Origin: Candidatus Methylomirabilia bacterium
GTDB taxonomy: Bacteria; Methylomirabilota; Methylomirabilia; Rokubacteriales; CSP1-6
Length of the DNA stretch: 20,012 bases
Assembly: GCA_041496385.1 (NCBI GenBank)
Contig: JBGQEL010000079.1
Location: 1 to 20,012 of the forward strand
Direction: 5' to 3'
In this document: positions 7,495-14,954 of the stretch, piece by piece
How the letters are laid out: each line of letters begins with the position of its first letter
Numbering within the stretch: the stretch's first letter is position 1
Made by a program: the position numbers and the translations under genes
Notes under the pieces: model-generated
What the model was told of the DNA's origin: nothing
Seen by the model: only the letters and a program-made list of their open reading frames with translations
Database searches by the model: none

Positions 7495-8376
7495 GTGAAG
7501 CAGCCGATCAGCTTCTACAGCGAAGGCGTGCGCCTGGTGGGCGACGTGTACGTGCCGGACGGCATCGGGGCGGGCGAGCGCCGCGCGGGCGTCGTCCTCT
7601 GCCACGGCTACACGGGCGTCAAGGACATCTACCTTCCGGACAATGCGCGCGTCCTGAACGAGGCGGGCTTTGTCGCGCTGACCTTCGACTACAAGGGCTG
7701 GGGCGACAGCGAGGGGGCGCGCAGCCGCCTCGCGCCGTACAGTCGCGTCGCCGACGTCCAGGCCGCCCTCACGTTCATCGGGACGCTGCCCTCCGTGGAT
7801 CCGGAGCGGCTCGGGATCTACGGGACGAGCTACGGCGGCGCCACCGTGGTCTGGGTCGGGGCTATCGATCCGCGCGCGAAGTGCGTCGTCAGCGTCGTGG
7901 GGATCGGCAACGGCGCGCGCTGGATGCGGAGCGTTCGCCGGCCCGACGAGTGGCACGACCTCCGGGCGCGCGCGCGCGAGGATCGCATCAAGCGCGCGCT
8001 CGAGGGGCCGTCAGCGTTCGTGCCGCGCGAGGAGATCCTGCTGCCGGACCGGCAGTCCGCGGAGCTGGCCGCGGCCGCGCGGCGCAATAACCCCGCCGCG
8101 GTGGGCAGGATCCCGCTCGAGTACGTCGACGAGACGCTGGAGTTCAATCCCGAGTGGGTGGTCGACAAGATCGCGCCGCGCCCGGCGCTCTTCATCACCA
8201 CCGACGACGACCGCCTCGTGCCGCCGGAGGAATCGATCGCGCTGCACGCGCGCGCCGGCGAGCCGAAGAAGCTCGTCGTCCTGAAGGGCTTCGGGCACTA
8301 CGAGGTCTACCGCGACCCGGCGTTCAGCCAGGTCATGCGGGAGACCGTCGCCTGGTATCGCGAGCACCTGCGCTGA
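7495..8376 (+). CDS. Alpha/beta hydrolase
   Basis: VLCHGY, FDYKGWGDSEG, nucleophile elbow GTSYGG, Asp in DDDRLVP and His in GHYEVY. AAGGAGG RBS before the GTG. Confidence 0.9.
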   Translation: MKQPISFYSEGVRLVGDVYVPDGIGAGERRAGVVLCHGYTGVKDIYLPDNARVLNEAGFVALTFDYKGWGDSEGARSRLAPYSRVADVQAALTFIGTLPSVDPERLGIYGTSYGGATVVWVGAIDPRAKCVVSVVGIGNGARWMRSVRRPDEWHDLRARAREDRIKRALEGPSAFVPREEILLPDRQSAELAAAARRNNPAAVGRIPLEYVDETLEFNPEWVVDKIAPRPALFITTDDDRLVPPEESIALHARAGEPKKLVVLKGFGHYEVYRDPAFSQVMRETVAWYREHLR

Positions 8377-8400
8377 GGGCGGGTGCCGCCCCCGGCGCTC

Positions 8401-8586
8401 TCAGCGCTTCTTCGACGGCGCCGCGAGCGCACGGAGCGCGGTCATGAAGGGGCGCGCGGCGGCGGGCGGGGCGTACTTGGTCCCGAGCAGGATCTCGCGC
8501 GAGTCGGCGCCGCCGCCGTAGACGCGGCGAATCGCGTCGCCGTCCGGCTGGATGCTGGCCCCTTCGACCGAGGCGCCGGCGAAGAA
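8401..8586 (-). pseudogene. 3' remnant of a SYLF/Ysc84 lipid-binding domain gene
   Basis: Manual translation gives FFAGASVEGASIQPDGDAIRRVYGGGADSREILLGTKYAPPAAARPFMTALRALAAPSKKR*, resembling the SYLF C-terminus (GLFAGxSLEG..PD..N...YG....EIL..PPAA). I found no in-frame ATG, GTG or TTG upstream before the next stop (about 8917). Not in the ORF track. Confidence 0.65.
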
Positions 8587-8656
8587 GCACGAAACCGTCG
8601 TGCGCGCTCGTGCGCTCGCCAGGGCCCGCGCGGCGGGCCGGGTGCGCGTCCTTACC

Positions 8657-9016
8657 TCACCTTGCGGGACGGCCGTCGGCGACCGGCAGCGCTTGCTCCC
8701 ATTGCCGCCGGAAGTTCCCGTCGAGGCAGCGCCGGCTGCAACCGATCGCCGTCTTGTCCTCGAAGGCGCTGCACGACCTGACCCGCGCGAGCGTGCGAAG
8801 CGGCCCGCGCCTCTCGAACTCGACCTCGACGGCGCGACCCGCCTGGGCGCACCAGAACCAGCGCCGGACCGTCCTCGCAGAGAAGAAGGCGAAGATCGCG
8901 ATGACCACGGCGCCCATCACGACGGTCGCCCCGATCTCGGCGAACAGAAGCAAAAACCCCTGGATCCACGCCTGGAACCACAGATCGAGCCCGTCGCCAA
9001 CGCCTGGGATGTCCAT
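8657..9016 (-). CDS. Small membrane-anchored protein with a four-cysteine domain, function unknown
   Basis: 119 aa with a GGAGG RBS, one long hydrophobic segment, then FWC...VEVEF...VRSCSAF...CSRRCL. Confidence 0.75.
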   Translation of the reverse strand: MDIPGVGDGLDLWFQAWIQGFLLLFAEIGATVVMGAVVIAIFAFFSARTVRRWFWCAQAGRAVEVEFERRGPLRTLARVRSCSAFEDKTAIGCSRRCLDGNFRRQWEQALPVADGRPAR

Positions 9017-9042
9017 GGTGATCGCCTCCGACCAACAAGTGC

Positions 9043-9058
9043 TGCAACGGCAGTGCCT
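9043..9058 (-). promoter_or_regulatory. Sigma54 (-24/-12) promoter for the Cys4 protein gene
   Basis: The minus strand reads AGGCACTGCCGTTGCA against the consensus TGGCACG-N4-TTGCW, with exact GG-N10-GC spacing. The implied start (about 9032) falls just before the RBS. Confidence 0.7.
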
Positions 9059-9220
9059 CGGAGGGCCGGCGGTAAGTCACGTGGGAAATCAACCACTTCG
9101 AAGTGGTGCTTGGCCGCGCTCGACAGGTCGGAGTGGGGCCGCCGTGGTCATGGGTGGGGAACGGAAGTCCCACCGCTCCGCCTTGATTCTCCGGGAGCCC
9201 GCGGCTAAGCTCGACCCATC

Positions 9221-9958
9221 TTGCAGACACCTCCGACTCTCTGTCTCTACCTCCAGGACGACCACTGCTTCGAGGTCGACGCCCGCGTGGTCGCGGTGCG
9301 CGAGCACGCCGTCGCGTTCGATCGGACGTGCTTCTATCCCGGTGGAGGCGGCCAGCCCTCCGACGACGGGACGGTCAGGCTGCAGAGCGGAGAGGTCCTC
9401 CGGATCGCGTCGGTCCACGCGGACCCCGACGAGGTGCTCTGGCACCGCAGCACGTCGCCGCCGCCGGGCGGGATCGTGGGACAACCCGCACGGCTGATGC
9501 TGCACCGCGAGAGCCGGATGGCCCTCATGCGACATCACACGGTGCTGCACGTCCTGAACACGATCGTCCTGCGAGACTACGGCGGGTGGATCACCGGAGC
9601 GCAGATCGGAACGGAGTATTCGAGGATCGACTTCAAGGTGGAGGGCTTCTCCGCCGCGATGGCCGCCGAGATCGAGAAGAAGGCCAACGTGGTCCTCGCC
9701 GAGGACCATCGCCTGAGGTCATACTACATTCCCGAGGACGAGTTTCGCCGGCGCGAGGACCTGCTCAGGACGCTCGAGGTCAAGCCGCCGATCGCGCACG
9801 GGAGAGTCAGGGTCGTGGAGATCCAGGGATTCGACGCGCAGGCGTGCGGCGGAACCCACGTCGCCACGACGGCCGAGCTGGGCAGCGTCTCGATCTTTCG
9901 CACCGAGAACAAGGGCAAGAACAACAAGCGCCTCTACGTCCGGCTGGCAGCGCCGTGA
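9221..9958 (+). CDS. alaX: Alanyl-tRNA editing protein AlaX (AlaX-M type)
   Basis: DRTCFYPGGGGQPSDDG, HxxxH (HTVLH) and CxxxH (CGGTH) Zn ligands, and GKNNKRL. About 245 aa; the TTG start is uncertain. Confidence 0.92.
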   Translation: MQTPPTLCLYLQDDHCFEVDARVVAVREHAVAFDRTCFYPGGGGQPSDDGTVRLQSGEVLRIASVHADPDEVLWHRSTSPPPGGIVGQPARLMLHRESRMALMRHHTVLHVLNTIVLRDYGGWITGAQIGTEYSRIDFKVEGFSAAMAAEIEKKANVVLAEDHRLRSYYIPEDEFRRREDLLRTLEVKPPIAHGRVRVVEIQGFDAQACGGTHVATTAELGSVSIFRTENKGKNNKRLYVRLAAP

Positions 9959-10917
9959 TGGACCGGCGCGCCTTCGTCACCCGCCTGGCCGCCGGCGCGC
10001 TCCTGGCCTCGCGCCCGGTCGAGGCGCAGCAGGCCGCAAGAGTCCCGCGCGTCGGCGTCATCGCGACCACTCGGGGCTACGAGGCCTTCCGCCTGAGCCT
10101 GCGCGAGCTGGCGTATCGCGAGGGCGAGAACGTTGCCCTGGAGTTTCGGTCGACCGAGGTGCCCGACGTCCGCCTGGCCGACGTGGCGCGCGAGCTCGTG
10201 CGTCTCAAAGTCGACGTGGTCCTGGCGGCGTCCACGCCGGCGACCGAGGCCCTCCGGCAGGCGACGACGACGATTCCCATCGTCATGCTCGCGGCCGATC
10301 CGGTGGCGAGCGGACTCGTACCCAGCCTGTCCCGGCCGGAGGGCAACGTGACGGGGCTGAGCTTCAACGAGACCGGGACGGGCGCGAAGCGGCTCGAGCT
10401 GCTCCGGGAGGCGCTGCCCTCGGCGCGCCGCGTGGCGGCGCTCGACGCCGCGGGCGCCGCCGCCAACCCGATCCGGAAGGAGACGGAAGCCGCGGCGCGG
10501 ACGCTGGGCGTGGAGCTGCAGTCCTTCACCGTGCGCGGCCCCGACGATCTCGAGAAGACGTTCGCCGCCATGGCCGCGAAGCGCGCCGAATCGCTCCTCG
10601 TGATGCCGACCACGCTCGCCTTCGTGCACCGCGCGCGGATCATCGCGCTGGCGATCAAGAACCGGCTGCCGACGATGTTCTGGCGACGCGAGTTCGCGGA
10701 CGCCGGCGGCCTCATGGCGTACGGACCGGACCAGCAGGAGATGTACCGCCGGGCCGCGGTCTACGTCAGCAAGATCCTTCAGGGCGCCAAGCCCATGGAT
10801 CTGCCGGTCGAGCAACCCCGCAAGTTCGAGCTGGTCATCAACCTCAAGACCGCGAGGGCACTGGGGCTCACGATTCCGCGGCCGGTGGTGCTGCAGGCGG
10901 ATCACGTCATCGAGTGA
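9958..10917 (+). CDS. ABC-type substrate-binding protein (ABC_sub_bind family) with a twin-arginine signal
   Basis: True start MDRRAFV... overlaps the alaX stop (TGATG). Motifs DPVASGLVPSLSRPEGNVTG, GGLMAYG, DLPVEQPRKFELVINLKTARALGL. Confidence 0.92.
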   Translation: MDRRAFVTRLAAGALLASRPVEAQQAARVPRVGVIATTRGYEAFRLSLRELAYREGENVALEFRSTEVPDVRLADVARELVRLKVDVVLAASTPATEALRQATTTIPIVMLAADPVASGLVPSLSRPEGNVTGLSFNETGTGAKRLELLREALPSARRVAALDAAGAAANPIRKETEAAARTLGVELQSFTVRGPDDLEKTFAAMAAKRAESLLVMPTTLAFVHRARIIALAIKNRLPTMFWRREFADAGGLMAYGPDQQEMYRRAAVYVSKILQGAKPMDLPVEQPRKFELVINLKTARALGLTIPRPVVLQADHVIE

Positions 10918-11681
10918 CCCGCCCGGGCCACGATGAACAGCCGGCGGAACGGAAACAGCGTGCGGCCGTCGGCGCGACGCGGATAGGCGCGGTCGACCAG
11001 ATCGGTGTAGCACGCCTCGAAGCCGCGCCACTCGGGCTCCGGGAGCGCGTCGAGCAGCGGCCTCAGCCATGTGCCCTTGGTCCACTCCTTGACCGCGTGC
11101 TCTCCCTCGAGCACCTGGAGGTATTCCGTCTCCCAGATGTCGACGGCGGTCGTCCGCGGCGCCAGCAGGCCGAAGTAGAACGACGGGTCGGCCACCGGCG
11201 CGGGACGGAGTAGCGGTTCGAGCGTGCTGCGCCACGGCCCGCTCCGGGCCGCCTCGATGATGGCCGTGTGGGACGGCGCCGAAAAATTGCGGGGCATCTG
11301 GATCGCCAATACGCCTCCCGGCGCGAGCGCGGAGAGCAGGGCGGGGAACAGGCGCTCATGGTCGCCCAGCCAGTGCAGGGCCGCGTTCGAGTAGATGACG
11401 TCGGCCGGCCGCGGCGCCCGCCACGTCGCCAGGTCGGCCCGTTGCCACTGGATGTCGCCCCGCGCCGCCGCCGCCTTGGCCAGCATCTCCTGCGAGGCGT
11501 CCACACCGGTGACGCGCGCGTTCGGCCATCGCTCCTTGAGGAGGCGGGTGACGTTGCCCGCGCCCGCGCCCAGGTCGTAGATCTCGGCCGGCTCGGCGAC
11601 GTCGATCCGGCTCAGCAGGTCGATCGCCGGTCGCAGGCGCTGGTCGGCGAACTTCATGTACTGCGCGGGATCCCACGGCAC
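10902..11681 (-). CDS. tam: Trans-aconitate 2-methyltransferase
   Basis: Begins (M)PWDPAQYMKFADQRLRPAIDLL, with DLGAGAGN, SNAALHWL, EWTKGTWLRPLL and LFPFRRLFIVA. It overlaps the convergent SBP gene by 16 nt. Confidence 0.92.
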   Translation of the reverse strand: MPWDPAQYMKFADQRLRPAIDLLSRIDVAEPAEIYDLGAGAGNVTRLLKERWPNARVTGVDASQEMLAKAAAARGDIQWQRADLATWRAPRPADVIYSNAALHWLGDHERLFPALLSALAPGGVLAIQMPRNFSAPSHTAIIEAARSGPWRSTLEPLLRPAPVADPSFYFGLLAPRTTAVDIWETEYLQVLEGEHAVKEWTKGTWLRPLLDALPEPEWRGFEACYTDLVDRAYPRRADGRTLFPFRRLFIVARAGHSMT

Positions 11682-11757
11682 GGGGTGCAGCTTACTCGAC
11701 GACGGGGCGGCGCGTGGGCTGTATACTTCCCCGGGCAAACCGCCGGAGGTATCAAGG

Positions 11758-12675
11758 ATGACCGAGCCGCCGATCAAACTTCTGCGCTGCCATCTGCCCG
11801 GCGCCGGCCCCGCGTGGGGCGTCGTCGAGGGCACGGACGTCCGCGTGGTCGCCACGGAGGCGGCCACCGGCGGCGCGTTCCTCGCGTCGCTCCTGCAGCT
11901 CGCAAACCCCGCGCGCGCGCTCCGGAGCGGCCACGCGGGCGCGCGCCTAGCCTCGCTGCCGTTCGCGCCGCTGCTCGCGGCGGCGCCCGATCCCGCGCAC
12001 GCGCACCTGCTGGCGCCGATCGATCGCCAGGAGGTCTGGGCGGCCGGCGTCACGTACGAGCGCAGCCGGGTGGCGCGCATGGACGAGACCAAGGGCGCCG
12101 AGCGCTTCTACGATCTGGTCTACGACGCCGAGCGCCCCGAGCTCTTCTTCAAGGCGACGCCGTCGCGCGTGGCGGGGCCGAATGCCCCGGTGCGCATCCG
12201 GGGCGACGCCGTCTGGAACGTCCCGGAGCCCGAGATCGCCGTGCTCTTCTCGCCCCGGCTCGAGATCGTGGGCTACACGATCGGCAACGACATGAGCTCG
12301 CGCGACATCGAAGGCCAGAACCCGCTCTACCTGCCGCAGGCGAAGGTCTATCGCGAGTGCTGCGCGCTCGGGCCCGTCATCTGGCTCGACGAGGAGCCCC
12401 CCGCCCATCGCGTGCTGCGCATCACGCTGACGATCGAGCGCGGCGGCGCGGTGGCGTTCACCGGCGAGACCTCGACGGCCTCCATGCGGCGGCGCTTCGC
12501 CGAGCTGGGCGACTGGCTCGGCCGCGACAACGTGTTCGGGAGCGGCGTGTTCCTGCTGACGGGCACGGGGCTCGTCCCGCCGAACGACTTCACGCTGCAG
12601 GCCGGCGACACGGTGCGGATCGCCGTGCCCGAGCTCGGGTACCTCGAGAACCCCGTGGTCCAGCAGCGTGGCTAG
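11758..12675 (+). CDS. Fumarylacetoacetate hydrolase family protein (2-keto-3-deoxy-pentonate dehydratase-like)
   Basis: QEVWAAGVTYERSR, RPELFFKA, VPEPE, GYTIGNDMSSRDIEGQNPLYLPQAK and LTGTG. GGAGGT RBS at 11745-11750 and TATACT -10 at 11722-11727. Confidence 0.88.
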   Translation: MTEPPIKLLRCHLPGAGPAWGVVEGTDVRVVATEAATGGAFLASLLQLANPARALRSGHAGARLASLPFAPLLAAAPDPAHAHLLAPIDRQEVWAAGVTYERSRVARMDETKGAERFYDLVYDAERPELFFKATPSRVAGPNAPVRIRGDAVWNVPEPEIAVLFSPRLEIVGYTIGNDMSSRDIEGQNPLYLPQAKVYRECCALGPVIWLDEEPPAHRVLRITLTIERGGAVAFTGETSTASMRRRFAELGDWLGRDNVFGSGVFLLTGTGLVPPNDFTLQAGDTVRIAVPELGYLENPVVQQRG

Positions 12676-13291
12676 GGGCCGTGCGACCTTCGGCTTCACG
12701 CCGCGCGGGCTCCGCGCGCTGCGCGCGCTCAGGACGCCGCACGGCGTGCAGCGCGCGCTGGACGCCATGCGCTACCACCACGCCGACACATCCTGGTCGC
12801 CGGGGCACGTCCTGCGCGAGCGCACCGCGCACTGCCTCGAGGGCGCGATCTTCGCGGCCGCGGCACTGCGCGTGCTCGGCTTCCCGCCGCTCCTCCTGGA
12901 CTTCGAGGCCGTCCAGGACACCGACCACGTCATCGCCGTGTTCAAGCTGCGCGGGCACTGGGGGGCCATCGCCAAGTCGAATTTCTCGGGGCTCCGCTAC
13001 CGCGAGCCCGTCTACCGGACGCTGCGCGAGCTGGTGATGAGCTATTTCGACGACTACTGGAACCTGCGCGGCGAGCGCACGATGCGCCGCTACTCACGCC
13101 CGGTCAACCTGGCGCGCTTCGACCGCGCCCAGCCGGACTGGATGACGACCGAGGGCGACATCTGGTTCATCGCCGAGCACCTCTGCGACATTCCGCACAT
13201 CTCGATCTTCCCGCCCGCCGTGGCGCGCCATCTGACCCGGACCGACCAGCGCTCGTTCGGGGCCGGCCTCTTCGGACGCAGCCGGGGCTGA
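12668..13291 (+). CDS. Hypothetical protein, possible transglutaminase/papain-like Cys-His fold
   Basis: GC3-rich ORF overlapping the upstream stop by 8 nt, with SPGHVL..RTAHCLEGA and DHVIAVF...WGA. Confidence 0.65.
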   Translation: MARGRATFGFTPRGLRALRALRTPHGVQRALDAMRYHHADTSWSPGHVLRERTAHCLEGAIFAAAALRVLGFPPLLLDFEAVQDTDHVIAVFKLRGHWGAIAKSNFSGLRYREPVYRTLRELVMSYFDDYWNLRGERTMRRYSRPVNLARFDRAQPDWMTTEGDIWFIAEHLCDIPHISIFPPAVARHLTRTDQRSFGAGLFGRSRG

Positions 13292-13311
13292 GCCGCCGCC
13301 CGCTTCCGAAT

Positions 13312-13340
13312 TTGCGTTTGTGAAAACAGTCAGTTATAAC
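13312..13340 (+). promoter_or_regulatory. Sigma70-type promoter of the TPR/beta-barrel gene
   Basis: TTGCGT (13312-13317), a 17-nt spacer and TATAAC (13335-13340) in an AT-rich island. The GTG start follows 8 nt later with no Shine-Dalgarno sequence. Confidence 0.75.
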
Positions 13341-13348
13341 GACTCGCA

Positions 13349-14935
13349 GTGACTCGACGCTTGCTCACGACCCTGCTCGCCCTGACCCTGGCCCTCTGGC
13401 TTGGTTCCGTAGCCTCCGCCAGCGCCCAGACGACCGAGGCCGACGTCTACGTGGCGCAGGCCATCCTCGACATCGACGGGAAAAACTACGACGTCGCCCT
13501 CGACAACCTCCGGGAGGCGCTGAAGATCGACCCGGAGCACGTCGAGGCGCTCTTCTACACGGGCGTCGCCTACTCGGCGCAGCGCAAGCCCGAGCAGGCG
13601 GTGCCGTTCCTCGAGCGGGCGCGCGCGAAATCGCCGAGGGATCCGGCCGTCGCGTACCAGCTCGGGCTCGCATTCTTCGCGCTGCAGCAGTACGACCGCG
13701 CCGAGCCGCTCTTCGAGGAGGTCTTCAAGACCAACCCCGAGCTGGACGGCCTCGGCTACTACACCGGCTTCCTGCGGTACCGGAAGAAGGACTACCGCGG
13801 CGCACTCGCCGCGTTCCGCGCGGGGCGCGCGAGCGACATCGAGATCCAGCAGCTCACGCGCTTCTACACGGGCCTGGCGCTCGGCGTGCTCGGCCTGCCG
13901 CAGCAGGCCGCGGCCGAGGTGGAGCAGGCGCTCCGCCTGGCGCCCGGCTCCCCGCTCGTGGGGCCGGCCGAGCGGCTGCGCGACACGATCGTCGCCTCGC
14001 GCCAGGCCGACCGGCGCCTCTCGGCTGAGGTGCGCCTGGGCGCGACGTACGACGACAACGTGGACGTGCGCCCGACGCCGAACCGCCGCGAGCTCCAGGT
14101 GGCGGAGCTCCGGACCCACCGCCACGAATCGTTCGGCGAGCTCTTCGGCGCGCGCGCCGACTACATCTGGTGGAAGACAGAGGACTGGGAGTCGACGGTC
14201 GGCTATTCGTTCTTCACGACGTACAACAACGACATCCCGAAGTTCAACGTCATCAGCCATGTGGGGAGCCTCGGCGTGTCGCGGCGGCTTGCGCTCGGCG
14301 AGCTGCCTGCGATCGCGAACCTGACCTACGCCTGGGACACCCTCGCCCTCGACGGCAAGGAGTTCCTCACGCGCAACACGATCACGCTCAGCCTCGCGGT
14401 CGTCGAGGGCGCGATGAACCTGACCCAGCTCTTCACGCGCTTCCAGAACAAGGACTTCGCCAAGGGCAGCGCGCCCGTCGAGCGCGCCGCGGTGGTCCCG
14501 CAGGAGAACCGCGACGCGAACAACTGGATGTTCGGCTTCCTGCATTTCGTGCGATTCGCGGAAGACAAGCACTTCGTGAAAGCGGGCTGGCAGATCGACG
14601 CCGACGCGGCAGCCGGGGCGAACTACGAATACGTCGGCCACCGCTTGAGCCTGGGCGGCCAGTACACGCTGCCGTGGTACGCGATCCGGCTCAAGTACGA
14701 CTTCGACGCGCACCGGCGCGACTACCGCAACCCGAACTCCCTCTTCCCGACCTATGCGGCCGGCACCAGGTCGCGCGCGGACCTGGAACTGACGAACGTG
14801 CTGCGCGCCGAGGTGCCGCTCCCGCACAGCCTCACGCTCTCGGGCGAGTACCTGTCGACGCGGAGTTACTCCAACATCGAGCTCTTCGACTTCAGCCGGA
14901 ACGTCTTCTCGCTCGTGCTCTCCTGGTCCTACTGA
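13349..14935 (+). CDS. Outer-membrane protein with a signal peptide, TPR repeats and a C-terminal beta-barrel (Slam/DUF560-like architecture)
   Basis: Sec signal ending ASA-Q, followed by about five TPR-like units (ALKIDPEHVEALFYTG, AYQLGLAFFALQQYDRAEPLFEEV). The barrel starts near LGATYDDNV with amphipathic strands and ends in an aromatic residue (LVLSWSY). Confidence 0.8.
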   Translation: MTRRLLTTLLALTLALWLGSVASASAQTTEADVYVAQAILDIDGKNYDVALDNLREALKIDPEHVEALFYTGVAYSAQRKPEQAVPFLERARAKSPRDPAVAYQLGLAFFALQQYDRAEPLFEEVFKTNPELDGLGYYTGFLRYRKKDYRGALAAFRAGRASDIEIQQLTRFYTGLALGVLGLPQQAAAEVEQALRLAPGSPLVGPAERLRDTIVASRQADRRLSAEVRLGATYDDNVDVRPTPNRRELQVAELRTHRHESFGELFGARADYIWWKTEDWESTVGYSFFTTYNNDIPKFNVISHVGSLGVSRRLALGELPAIANLTYAWDTLALDGKEFLTRNTITLSLAVVEGAMNLTQLFTRFQNKDFAKGSAPVERAAVVPQENRDANNWMFGFLHFVRFAEDKHFVKAGWQIDADAAAGANYEYVGHRLSLGGQYTLPWYAIRLKYDFDAHRRDYRNPNSLFPTYAAGTRSRADLELTNVLRAEVPLPHSLTLSGEYLSTRSYSNIELFDFSRNVFSLVLSWSY

Positions 14936-14954
14936 GCCGCCACGCTTCGGCTCA
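14933..14954. terminator. Short hairpin joining two convergent stop codons
   Basis: TGAGCCG-CCACGCTT-CGGCTCA is a 7-bp stem whose outer pairs are the two TGA stops. Confidence 0.4.

Noticed and set aside
6412..7956. Apparent 514-aa thioesterase, and similar N-terminal extensions of the SBP (9328), Tam (12092), FAH (11656) and cyclase (17568) ORFs
   Set aside because: The extensions overlap other real genes or promoters. Internal starts with an RBS, -10 element or stop/start coupling fit family lengths better.
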